Assembly: GCA_050173015.1 (NCBI GenBank)
Contig: JBFXLE010000010.1
Location: 46,841 to 110,840 of the forward strand
Source of the DNA: Calditrichaceae bacterium
Lineage (GTDB): Bacteria > Calditrichota > Calditrichia > Calditrichales > JBFXGD01
Length of the DNA: 64,000 nt
Direction of reading: 5' to 3'
Numbering within the stretch: the stretch's first letter is position 1; each line of letters begins with the position of its first letter. Positions 56,576 through 64,000 of the stretch are shown in pieces. A program made the position numbers and the translations under genes. The notes below the pieces were generated by a model. The model ran no database searches. It was given only the letters and a program-made list of their open reading frames with translations, and was not told the DNA's origin.

Positions 56576-58429
56576 TTGATATCGATACGGAGATCTAAAA
56601 TGAATGACCGTGAACGTACAAATGATTTGTATGAGATTATTCCCGGTTATCCAAAGCCTCCATTAATTCCGCTGCCCGATTCTGCCAGGATGAATAATCC
56701 CGAAGGACTTGGATTAAAAAATCATTTCATTCCAAGACTGGTTCTTTCACTAACAAAAAAAATTCTTGGATTTGACGCTTTTTATAAGGAATTTTCCGCG
56801 GATCCTGAACCGGTCCTTCGGCGAAGCGATCTTCGTGAGCCGGGACTCTTTACTCCGGTGATTTCAGCGACATTGGCGTTAAAAGACGAACCGGGCGTCA
56901 ATGATCCGTTTGCGCGAGCCGCAAAACTGATACTTGGAGCGCGCACCCTCTATCATGATATCATCACAGCAAGGCTAAAACCCGATATACACCGCGACCA
57001 AATACTTGAAATGGGGCAATATCCCAATTTATTTTCGACATGTCAGGTTGTGGACGGACGTACGGCAAGAATATTTAAGAGTACTGAAAATTCACAGATT
57101 ACGGTATTTGCAAACGGGCAGATTTACATTTTGAAAGTATGGCCCGCAAATGAACATCCTTCTGTAAACCGGCTTCGCGTTGCCCTTGAACACATTTCTT
57201 TAGATGCTCAAAATTTAACCGGGTATTCTCCCGGAATACTGACAGCCGCCTCCAACAAAACACAGTTCCGCGCGTTTAAAAAGCTGCGAAAAGCGGCAAC
57301 CAACCGCGATTCACTTGAGATTATCAAGCACAGTTTCCTGACGATCTGCATCGATCTGAACGAGCAACCGGTTGACTATGCCGAGGCGGCCCGCATGATT
57401 CACAGCGGAAATTATACCAACCGCTGGTTTCATTCAAGCCTGCAAATTGTTGTATTCAGAAACGCAAAAGCGGGTATTATCTGCAATTTCAGTACATACC
57501 TGGACGGTAACACCATGGTTCGAGCCGCAGCCGAAATCTACTGTCGTTCGACGGAAATATATCCGGAAAATGAGAAAACAGTGAACTCTGAAAATCTGCC
57601 CCCTGCCGTTCGGTTAAATTGGGATTTTGATCCATCAATCCTTGAACCGGCAAAAAAAGATCTTCAATTCATCAACGACGATCAGCGCGCGACCTTTGAA
57701 ATATCCGGTATCGGGAAGGAGTTTTTTCAAAAACATCGTCTTGATCCGGTATCTTCATTTATCGTAGCATTGCAAACAGCTCTAAATTCACTGACCGGTA
57801 AAAAGGTGCGGATTGAACAATTTCTCGCCATGTCAAAGTTTCGCTGTATGTCCTTGGAAACCGCAATGGTCTCAACGCCCGAAGTTCTCAGAATGGCTGA
57901 ACTTCTTTCGAAGAACTGCGACGGCGACGCGACAGAGATAACGATCCTGCAAGAAGCATTGACTTCCCAACGTCTTGTCTGCGGAAAAGCCCGGGAACAT
58001 CTTTCGAGTCATATCATAATGGCGCTTTTTATCCGTTCAAAAAAGGGATTCAAACTTTTTGTGACCATGGTGATCGCTTCAATTTCGATCCTTCTGCTCA
58101 GAATGCTTGGAATGTTTGATCTGCTGAACAGAGATGTGATTGTTTCTCATCCGCAGAATTTTTCGGAAGTTCCGATCGTCGGAAGACCGGGAATTCGATT
58201 GCCGTATATAAAATATTTAGGTTTGCATTATCATCTACTTGAGGACAGGATTCGTATAACCCTGATGCCTTCAGTCAGTTTTAAAATTCCGAATGAAAAA
58301 ATAATCGAAACATTAAATCATAATTTGAAAAATTTAGTACGTTTTGTGGAAAGAAGAAATACCGCGGATACGATAAATGAAAAAGGCCCTGATCTTTACC
58401 GTCAGGGCCCAAAAAAAACTAAAACTTAA
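56576..58429 (+). CDS. choline/carnitine O-acyltransferase family homolog lacking the catalytic histidine
   Basis: 617 aa. MGQYPNLFSTC resembles the family motif M.QY..LFSS.R. NRWFHSSLQIVVFRNAKAGIICNFSTYLDG aligns with NRW(F/Y)DKSLQL(I/V)V..DG..G...EHS..DG of CrAT/ChAT/CPT, with NFS replacing EHS. TTG starts the track ORF; ATG 56599 is an alternative start. Confidence 0.65.
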   Translation: MISIRRSKMNDRERTNDLYEIIPGYPKPPLIPLPDSARMNNPEGLGLKNHFIPRLVLSLTKKILGFDAFYKEFSADPEPVLRRSDLREPGLFTPVISATLALKDEPGVNDPFARAAKLILGARTLYHDIITARLKPDIHRDQILEMGQYPNLFSTCQVVDGRTARIFKSTENSQITVFANGQIYILKVWPANEHPSVNRLRVALEHISLDAQNLTGYSPGILTAASNKTQFRAFKKLRKAATNRDSLEIIKHSFLTICIDLNEQPVDYAEAARMIHSGNYTNRWFHSSLQIVVFRNAKAGIICNFSTYLDGNTMVRAAAEIYCRSTEIYPENEKTVNSENLPPAVRLNWDFDPSILEPAKKDLQFINDDQRATFEISGIGKEFFQKHRLDPVSSFIVALQTALNSLTGKKVRIEQFLAMSKFRCMSLETAMVSTPEVLRMAELLSKNCDGDATEITILQEALTSQRLVCGKAREHLSSHIIMALFIRSKKGFKLFVTMVIASISILLLRMLGMFDLLNRDVIVSHPQNFSEVPIVGRPGIRLPYIKYLGLHYHLLEDRIRITLMPSVSFKIPNEKIIETLNHNLKNLVRFVERRNTADTINEKGPDLYRQGPKKTKT

Positions 58430-60495
58430 AGCGCCTTTTTCCCTTCCAGTTCATCCGCCAGATCGGACGCGTCATATAATTTTCTCAATGCTTCAATCAT
58501 ATAAGATGAGTGCACGGCAACAGACCGGTTATTGGATTCATAGTAAATATATCTTCCGACGAGACTTTCGATATTTCCGTCAAAAATCAGGCCCACAAGC
58601 TCTGCTTTCTGATTGATCACCGGAGAACCCGAGTTCCCGCCGATTATATCGCAGCTGTTTACAAAATTCGCAGGTGTGCTCAGATCCAGCTTGTCTTTTC
58701 TTTCAATGAACCGTTTTGGCAGATTAAACGGCGGCTGGAAATCAAAGCTGTTCGCGCGATCATACAATCCGTACAACGTTGTTTTTGATGGCGCCATTGT
58801 TCCGTTCATTTCGTATCCTTCTACCTTACCGTATGAGAGTCGAAGGGTAAAATTAGCATCAGGATTGACAGATTTCCCATACACGGCAAATCGCGCCCGG
58901 CCAAGTTTTTGTTCCGCGGCCGCTTCAACACTTTCAACTTTATCCTCTTTTTCCTTGTCCATAGCTCTGCTCATCGGATCAAGTTTTTTCGCCAGAGCAA
59001 TCATCGGGTCGTCTGAGTTTTCTACTGCCTTTATGCCACCGTCAATCAGGGATTTGCGGAAAGCGGGATCCGCTATTTGCGTTCTGTCTATCAGGTCAGC
59101 GGCGACTTCTTCCGGGGATTTACCATTTAATACGATTTTTATAAACGGATCTTCTTCACCAAGATTTTCAAGTGACTGCAGTAATCCGTCTGCGAGCATT
59201 ATTTTTTCTAACTCCGGATATGACGGAGCGGGCGATAGCAGATAAAAAAGAGAGGTTTCAAGCTGAGAATCATGAAATCCTTCCAGACGTTCACCATCCG
59301 GCTTATTTATCTCCGCGACATATTTTACAATGGTCTCAGCCATGCCAAACATTCTCGACCCGCTTACGGAACGGTATCGCAATGATTTGAGCATTTCAAC
59401 CATCGCATCTTCAGCGGCGGAAATTTCGTCCCACGCCTCTGCATATTCCTTTTTCCATTCGGGTTTACTGTTGACCAGCGCTTTAAATTCCGCTTCATCT
59501 TTTTTCTTCTTTTCCATTAAGGATTCATCAAGCAGCCCTTTGTACTCTCCGGACCATGCCTTAATCGCGTTACTTAGTCCAAAGATCTGTCCATTGGCCT
59601 GACGCGCCTGTTCCGGTCCCCGTTCGGAATATTTTTTTAACACTTCAATACGGCGATTAATCATACGCAACCGGTAAGGGTAAGAAAAATCACGCTGACG
59701 TTCCAGTTGGGCTACTGTTTGCAAACGATTGGTCGATCCCGGATTTCCCGGAACAAAGACCAGTTCTCCTTCACCGGCGCCGCCCGTATTCCATTTCAGA
59801 TAATTTTTCGAATTAACGGGTTTACCGTTCTCATATACACGGACGATAGCCATATCCAAATCATACCTTGGATAGGTGAAATTATCGAAATCCCCGCCGT
59901 AATACGCGGCCTGCATTTCCGGAGCGAACACAATCCGGACATCCGTGTATTTTTTATACCGGTAAAGCCAGTATTCTCCGCCCTGATACAAGGTGATCAC
60001 ATCCGACCGAAGTCCTGTTTTTTTCAGACTTTCCTTTTCAATTTTAGCCATTTCAGCCTTACGGGCCTCAAGCGCTTCCTGATCAGTCATATTTTTTTTA
60101 ACTGATTTATTGATACGGGCAGTGACATCTTCCATAGACACAAGAACATTCAGTTCGAGGTCTGTCGCCTTCAGTTCCTGGTCCATCGATCTCGCGTAAT
60201 ACCCGTCAACCACAAAATTTGCTTCAGCTGATGATAATTTCTGGAGCTGGCCGCGCGCGACATGATGGTTTGTCAAAACCAGGCCATTTGGACTTACAAA
60301 TGAACCCGAACCACCATCGTTAAACCTGACACTGGACAACCTTACATGATCGAGCCACTCCTGTGTCGGCACAAAACCATACCGTTCCTTTAGTTGTTTC
60401 ATGGGTGGGTTATCAAAAGTCCACATCCCCTCATCGGCCTTAGCGGCAAAACTAAAAATCAATAATATCAATAAACTGAGCGCTGCATTTTTCAT
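58426..60495 (-). CDS. S46 family dipeptidyl-peptidase (DPP7/DPP11-like)
   Basis: Signal peptide then ADEGMW (a hallmark of the S46 N-terminus), catalytic His (TNHHVA) and Ser (GGNSGSPV). The likely start is MKNAALSLL (60495); the track ORF extends to 60582. Confidence 0.85.
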   Translation of the reverse strand: MKNAALSLLILLIFSFAAKADEGMWTFDNPPMKQLKERYGFVPTQEWLDHVRLSSVRFNDGGSGSFVSPNGLVLTNHHVARGQLQKLSSAEANFVVDGYYARSMDQELKATDLELNVLVSMEDVTARINKSVKKNMTDQEALEARKAEMAKIEKESLKKTGLRSDVITLYQGGEYWLYRYKKYTDVRIVFAPEMQAAYYGGDFDNFTYPRYDLDMAIVRVYENGKPVNSKNYLKWNTGGAGEGELVFVPGNPGSTNRLQTVAQLERQRDFSYPYRLRMINRRIEVLKKYSERGPEQARQANGQIFGLSNAIKAWSGEYKGLLDESLMEKKKKDEAEFKALVNSKPEWKKEYAEAWDEISAAEDAMVEMLKSLRYRSVSGSRMFGMAETIVKYVAEINKPDGERLEGFHDSQLETSLFYLLSPAPSYPELEKIMLADGLLQSLENLGEEDPFIKIVLNGKSPEEVAADLIDRTQIADPAFRKSLIDGGIKAVENSDDPMIALAKKLDPMSRAMDKEKEDKVESVEAAAEQKLGRARFAVYGKSVNPDANFTLRLSYGKVEGYEMNGTMAPSKTTLYGLYDRANSFDFQPPFNLPKRFIERKDKLDLSTPANFVNSCDIIGGNSGSPVINQKAELVGLIFDGNIESLVGRYIYYESNNRSVAVHSSYMIEALRKLYDASDLADELEGKKAL

Positions 60496-60633
60496 TACAT
60501 CCCCTTGAAAACAATGACTGGTTCCATGCAGAATTCCTGAAAAATCGCATGATAATTTGAAAGTCTGCACATACATTATCAAATCTTGTACTTACGTTTT
60601 ATTAACCAGAAAGTTGCGCGAAACACATCTTTC

Positions 60634-61803
60634 CTACCGGGTTGTATTCATTTTTTTCATCATTTCCGCTACCGCGTCTTTGTGAACCATAAAGCTAAGC
60701 ATCTTCAGTTTGATAAAATCATCCCTGAAAAAATAATACCCTTTATGGTCTCCGTTATACGCGCTGGAACCCGAATCTTTTATGAGAAACCAGTCATGAC
60801 CAAATTTACTTGTATATCCGACCAGATGTATTCCATGATCATCCGTTGACGTTTTATTATAAAACCGGTATTCCCGTGAATTTTGATTTATATCTTTTTG
60901 TGAAAGATCCCAGGGTACAATTAGAGCAATATCATTCTCGCCGCTTTTGCCGGCTTCACTGACATCGCCGCCAATCGCAATCGTATATCCGTTTTTGACG
61001 GCATTTTTTATGCGGCTGTAAAACTCATCGAGCGGAATATTATAATAATTTTGACAATGCCACCAGTTATCCGGCACTTCATATTCACCAGCGGTATAAA
61101 ACGGGATCTTGAGCGTGGACATAAAATCCACATAATCGTCCGGATTAATTCTTACCACTTTTTGCATAAATGTCATCGGATTGTAACTCTGTTCCTCATA
61201 CACAAATTCTGTCGGAGGTTCGCCGATATATTTGTTTAGAATCTGCCTGATGGTACTCAAAACAACGGTCTCATCCCAGTATTCGTTCTTTTTTACAAAT
61301 GTCAGATAATCGTTCATTTCTTTGAACATTGGTTCGTGATTGTGCTTTTGCAATCCATTGATAAGCCCTGTATAAACATCCGAGGGCACGCATCCGTACT
61401 GTTTCATGCGCAGCAGGGTGGCGTTCTGTTCCGACCCTTCGCCAAATTCGGAATCCCCTTTTTCCCGGACAAATCGGCGCGCCTTTTCAATATATTCCCA
61501 GTAGGCGATATACATTTCGGATAGTTTAACTTTGCCGTATCCCTGTCTTGCCATTTCTGACTCAATAAATGAAATGCTTGAAAAAGCCCAGCATGTTCCG
61601 GTGGTGTCCTGCCTTATGGGGTCAAAGTGAAATATTTTTTTAAAATCATTCAGGGAAGGCTTTTTTACATCTTTAAAATCGGTAGTAAGAATCGTCTTCT
61701 CTTTGCCCCAGACAACTTTTTTTCTGTACTCAGCGTTTCCCTGGGCTGACAGAGATGAAGTTAACATTAGTACTAAGATTAAAACAGATATAGTACGCAT
61801 CAT
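60634..61803 (-). CDS. C1 family (papain-like; aminopeptidase C/bleomycin-hydrolase-like) cysteine peptidase, secreted
   Basis: 389 aa. Signal peptide (TSSLSAQG), catalytic Cys in QDTTGTCWAFSS, and later DDHGIHLVG (His) and a ...KDSG... (Asn/Asp) region. Confidence 0.75.
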   Translation of the reverse strand: MMRTISVLILVLMLTSSLSAQGNAEYRKKVVWGKEKTILTTDFKDVKKPSLNDFKKIFHFDPIRQDTTGTCWAFSSISFIESEMARQGYGKVKLSEMYIAYWEYIEKARRFVREKGDSEFGEGSEQNATLLRMKQYGCVPSDVYTGLINGLQKHNHEPMFKEMNDYLTFVKKNEYWDETVVLSTIRQILNKYIGEPPTEFVYEEQSYNPMTFMQKVVRINPDDYVDFMSTLKIPFYTAGEYEVPDNWWHCQNYYNIPLDEFYSRIKNAVKNGYTIAIGGDVSEAGKSGENDIALIVPWDLSQKDINQNSREYRFYNKTSTDDHGIHLVGYTSKFGHDWFLIKDSGSSAYNGDHKGYYFFRDDFIKLKMLSFMVHKDAVAEMMKKMNTTR

Positions 61804-62001
61804 GGACCTCCCGTTTTTTTTAATGCGGTCATTTTTTAATCAACATAAAATATAGTCTTTAATCTATTTCAATTCAAAATTTCCGGGATTTTCCGGAAAA
61901 TATAAGGCAACCTGATAATTACATCACTATATTTAGAAAAATGTTCTGTAAAATAGAGTCATCAAGATAATCCTTGCCATAATTTTAAGTACGGTTTATA
62001 T

Positions 62002-62580
62002 TTGAAAACAACCTTAAAAACGGCCCCGGAGGCACTTATGCAAGAAGACACTTATTGGTCTAACATCTTCAAAAAAGAGAAAAAACAGGCTGACAACATC
62101 TACACTGTTTTGAAAGAAATTCCAATATTTCATGAGCTTGACAAAAAAGAATTACGAGCCGTAGAACGCATTTTACATCGACGGACGTACAAAATTGATG
62201 AAATAATTTTTAATGAAACCGAGCCCGGAGTGGGTATGTTTATCATTCAGTCGGGGAAGGTCAATGTTACTCTTGGAAAAGAAAAAAAGCTACTGGCCAC
62301 TCTCGGCAAAGGCGATTTTTTTGGTGAAATGGCTCTTCTGCTTGAAGGTCCCAGAACGGCAAGCGTAACAGCGATTGAGCCGGCTGTAATGCTTGGGTTT
62401 TTCCAGCCCGATCTTTTTAATTTATTGGAGACGAGTCCTCATACCGGTAACAAAATTCTTCAGAAACTCGCCCAGATGATCGCGGAACGTCTGCGCGTCA
62501 CCACCATCGAAAACCGTCAACTGAAATTAAAATTAAACGAATATGAGCAGCAAATTGAAGAACTGAAAAAGGAAAACTAA
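62002..62580 (+). CDS. cyclic-nucleotide-binding domain protein (no DNA-binding domain; C-terminal coiled coil)
   Basis: CNB motifs GDFFGEMALL and PRTASVTA. The C-terminus is NRQLKLKLNEYEQQIEELKKEN. TTG starts the track ORF; ATG 62038 is an alternative start. Confidence 0.8.
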   Translation: MKTTLKTAPEALMQEDTYWSNIFKKEKKQADNIYTVLKEIPIFHELDKKELRAVERILHRRTYKIDEIIFNETEPGVGMFIIQSGKVNVTLGKEKKLLATLGKGDFFGEMALLLEGPRTASVTAIEPAVMLGFFQPDLFNLLETSPHTGNKILQKLAQMIAERLRVTTIENRQLKLKLNEYEQQIEELKKEN

Positions 62581-63618
62581 ATGGATTATACAGTCGGACG
62601 ATTTATCAAATTCATCGTCATAATTATGTTTCTGGCGGCGATCGGATGGCTTCTTTTGACTTTAAGATCCACTATTACCATACTTCTGGTATCAGGTCTG
62701 CTCGCCTATATTCTTGATCCCATTGCCAGTTATTTTGAATTAAAGGGTATGTCCCGTACACAGGCGACAATCGTCATTTTCCTGATAATTGTCATATTTT
62801 TTGCAACAATGGGTTATTTTTTAGTGCCCCGACTGATTGTTGAACTCAGCAATATTCAGAAAGGCATTCAGTCGGATCTGGTCGCGTCGTTTATTTTGAA
62901 AATCGAAGAAATGATTCAGGAAAACATCCCTATACTCGCCGGACAGGAATTGGGGCTTGAGGACAGTATAAATTCAATGTTATCCTCTTTTTCCGGAACA
63001 TTTTTTTCCCATATTCTGGATATGGTTTCGCTTGTCACTACCCTGGTAATTATTCCGTTTGCGGTGTTTTTTTTGTTAAAAGACGGCCGGAGTATGAAAA
63101 AGGCTTTTGTCAACATTATACCAAACAGATATTTCGAAATGATTCTGAACATGATTTATAAAACAGATCTTCAGCTTGGAGGCTATCTGCGCGGTCAATT
63201 TTTTGACGCGATGATTATTGGCGCTTTATCTATTATTGCTCTCTGGACACTTAATGTAAATTACTTCATCCTTATCGGCGTGTTTGCGGGGCTTGCCAAC
63301 ATGATCCCGTATGTCGGTCCTTTAGTGGGGGCAGTGGCCGCTATTGTGGTGGTAATGATGAATGGCGGTGACGGGCAGAGTATTTTAATGGTAGGCGCCG
63401 CGTTCGCCATCATTCAGCTCATCGATAATGTTGTAATTCAACCGCTTGTTGTCGCAAAAAGTGTGGACATGCATCCGCTGCTTGTTATTTTTGCAGTTGT
63501 GATCGGGGGACAGTTTTTTGGCATAATCGGGATGCTTCTGGCTGTACCGGCAACCGGTATTACCAAAGTTGTCCTTCAGGAACTTTATAAGAGTATCCGC
63601 AAATATAATCTTATATAA
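62581..63618 (+). CDS. AI-2E family transporter (PerM/YhhT, UPF0118)
   Basis: 345 aa with about 8 TM segments. ...IPYVGPLVG..., ...QLIDNVVIQPLVV... and ...GIIGMLLAVP... are typical of UPF0118. Its ATG directly abuts the preceding TAA. Confidence 0.85.
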   Translation: MDYTVGRFIKFIVIIMFLAAIGWLLLTLRSTITILLVSGLLAYILDPIASYFELKGMSRTQATIVIFLIIVIFFATMGYFLVPRLIVELSNIQKGIQSDLVASFILKIEEMIQENIPILAGQELGLEDSINSMLSSFSGTFFSHILDMVSLVTTLVIIPFAVFFLLKDGRSMKKAFVNIIPNRYFEMILNMIYKTDLQLGGYLRGQFFDAMIIGALSIIALWTLNVNYFILIGVFAGLANMIPYVGPLVGAVAAIVVVMMNGGDGQSILMVGAAFAIIQLIDNVVIQPLVVAKSVDMHPLLVIFAVVIGGQFFGIIGMLLAVPATGITKVVLQELYKSIRKYNLI

Positions 63619-63681
63619 GGATTATTTCCCGGCCACTCGTTTTGCAATTAATTGATTCATGTCCATCAATGGAGTTTAGAT

Positions 63682-64000
63682 ATGCATTGGACAGAAGATT
63701 TTTTTGATGAATATTATTTAAAGTCAATTGACAGGATCACCGGAAAGGAACAAACCGATTCGGAAGTCAACTTTCTCATCGAGCATTCGGAAATAGATAG
63801 GGACGGTCTTATCCTGGATCTTGCCTGCGGTCACGGAAGACATGCTATTGAACTCGCCGGACGAGGCTTTACTCATGTCACCGGAATGGATCTTGCCATT
63901 CAATTTTTAAATATGGCAAAAGAAAATGCCGCCGCGTTGTCAAATCCTCCTCAATTTATTCATAAAAATATGAACGATTTTGAAGAAACGGATAAGTATG
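63682..64000 (+). CDS. class I SAM-dependent methyltransferase, N-terminal part (runs off the window)
   Basis: My translation from ATG 63682 reads MHWTEDFFDEYYLKSIDRITGKEQ...LILDLACGHGRHAIELAGRGFTHVTGMDL... It carries motif I (DLACG.G) and the acidic post-I residue (MD). It is open to the window end. Confidence 0.75.
   Translation, partial: MHWTEDFFDEYYLKSIDRITGKEQTDSEVNFLIEHSEIDRDGLILDLACGHGRHAIELAGRGFTHVTGMDLAIQFLNMAKENAAALSNPPQFIHKNMNDFEETDKY

Noticed and set aside
56134-56600. Integrative element inserted at tRNA-Val.
   Set aside because: No integrase gene lies downstream, and I could not find a direct repeat of the tRNA 3' end (GGTTCGAATCCTATACCGCCCA) elsewhere in the window. Only the atypical acyltransferase-like gene hints at acquisition.

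Overview
This looks like a chromosomal window from an uncultured-type Gram-negative bacterium, most plausibly in the FCB (Fibrobacteres-Chlorobi-Bacteroidetes) superphylum. The clues are a subtilase with a T9SS C-terminal sorting domain, S46/S9B/C1 peptidases, a single-cytochrome-b SdhCAB, and a sigma-54 enhancer-binding regulator. I count about 50 protein genes and one canonical tRNA (Val-TAC).

Layout:
- 1-12.9 kb: minus-strand housekeeping block (hpf, xer, topA, smg, recJ, a UvrD-type helicase carrying an internal DEDDh exonuclease, chi-like holC, OMPs).
- 13.2-15.3 kb: DUF692 (MNIO) / DUF2063 RiPP-type cluster with a secreted 8-Cys EGKCG-repeat precursor. This is the top finding.
- 15.4-27.2 kb: transporters, tsaC, MBL hydrolase, DPP-IV, sdhCAB.
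- 27.3-35.1 kb: an FG-GAP sensor kinase / sigma-54 regulator / HAD operon. It sits next to a sigma-54-like promoter with upstream palindromes, in front of a Tyr-rich lipoprotein and a FadL/PorV-like OMP.
- 35.3-37.8 kb: T9SS subtilase.
- 37.9-46.1 kb: mosaic accessory region. It holds an IS21 istB remnant, REP-like hairpin repeats, an AT-rich FkbM/GT2 pair, a 1.77-kb ORF-free mosaic tandem array, a UbiA prenyltransferase, eleven ~21-bp GGAGGG repeats, a tRNA-like element, a truncated beta-CASP gene and a heptamer microsatellite.
- 46.1-64 kb: yigZ, an ABC-2 exporter, an Mla/MCE operon with a STAS-MlaE fusion, tRNA-Val, a carnitine/choline-acyltransferase-like protein lacking the catalytic His, S46 and C1 peptidases, and a cNMP-binding protein coupled to an AI-2E transporter.

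All calls come from reading the sequence, the ORF translations and remembered family motifs. No database search or program was run.
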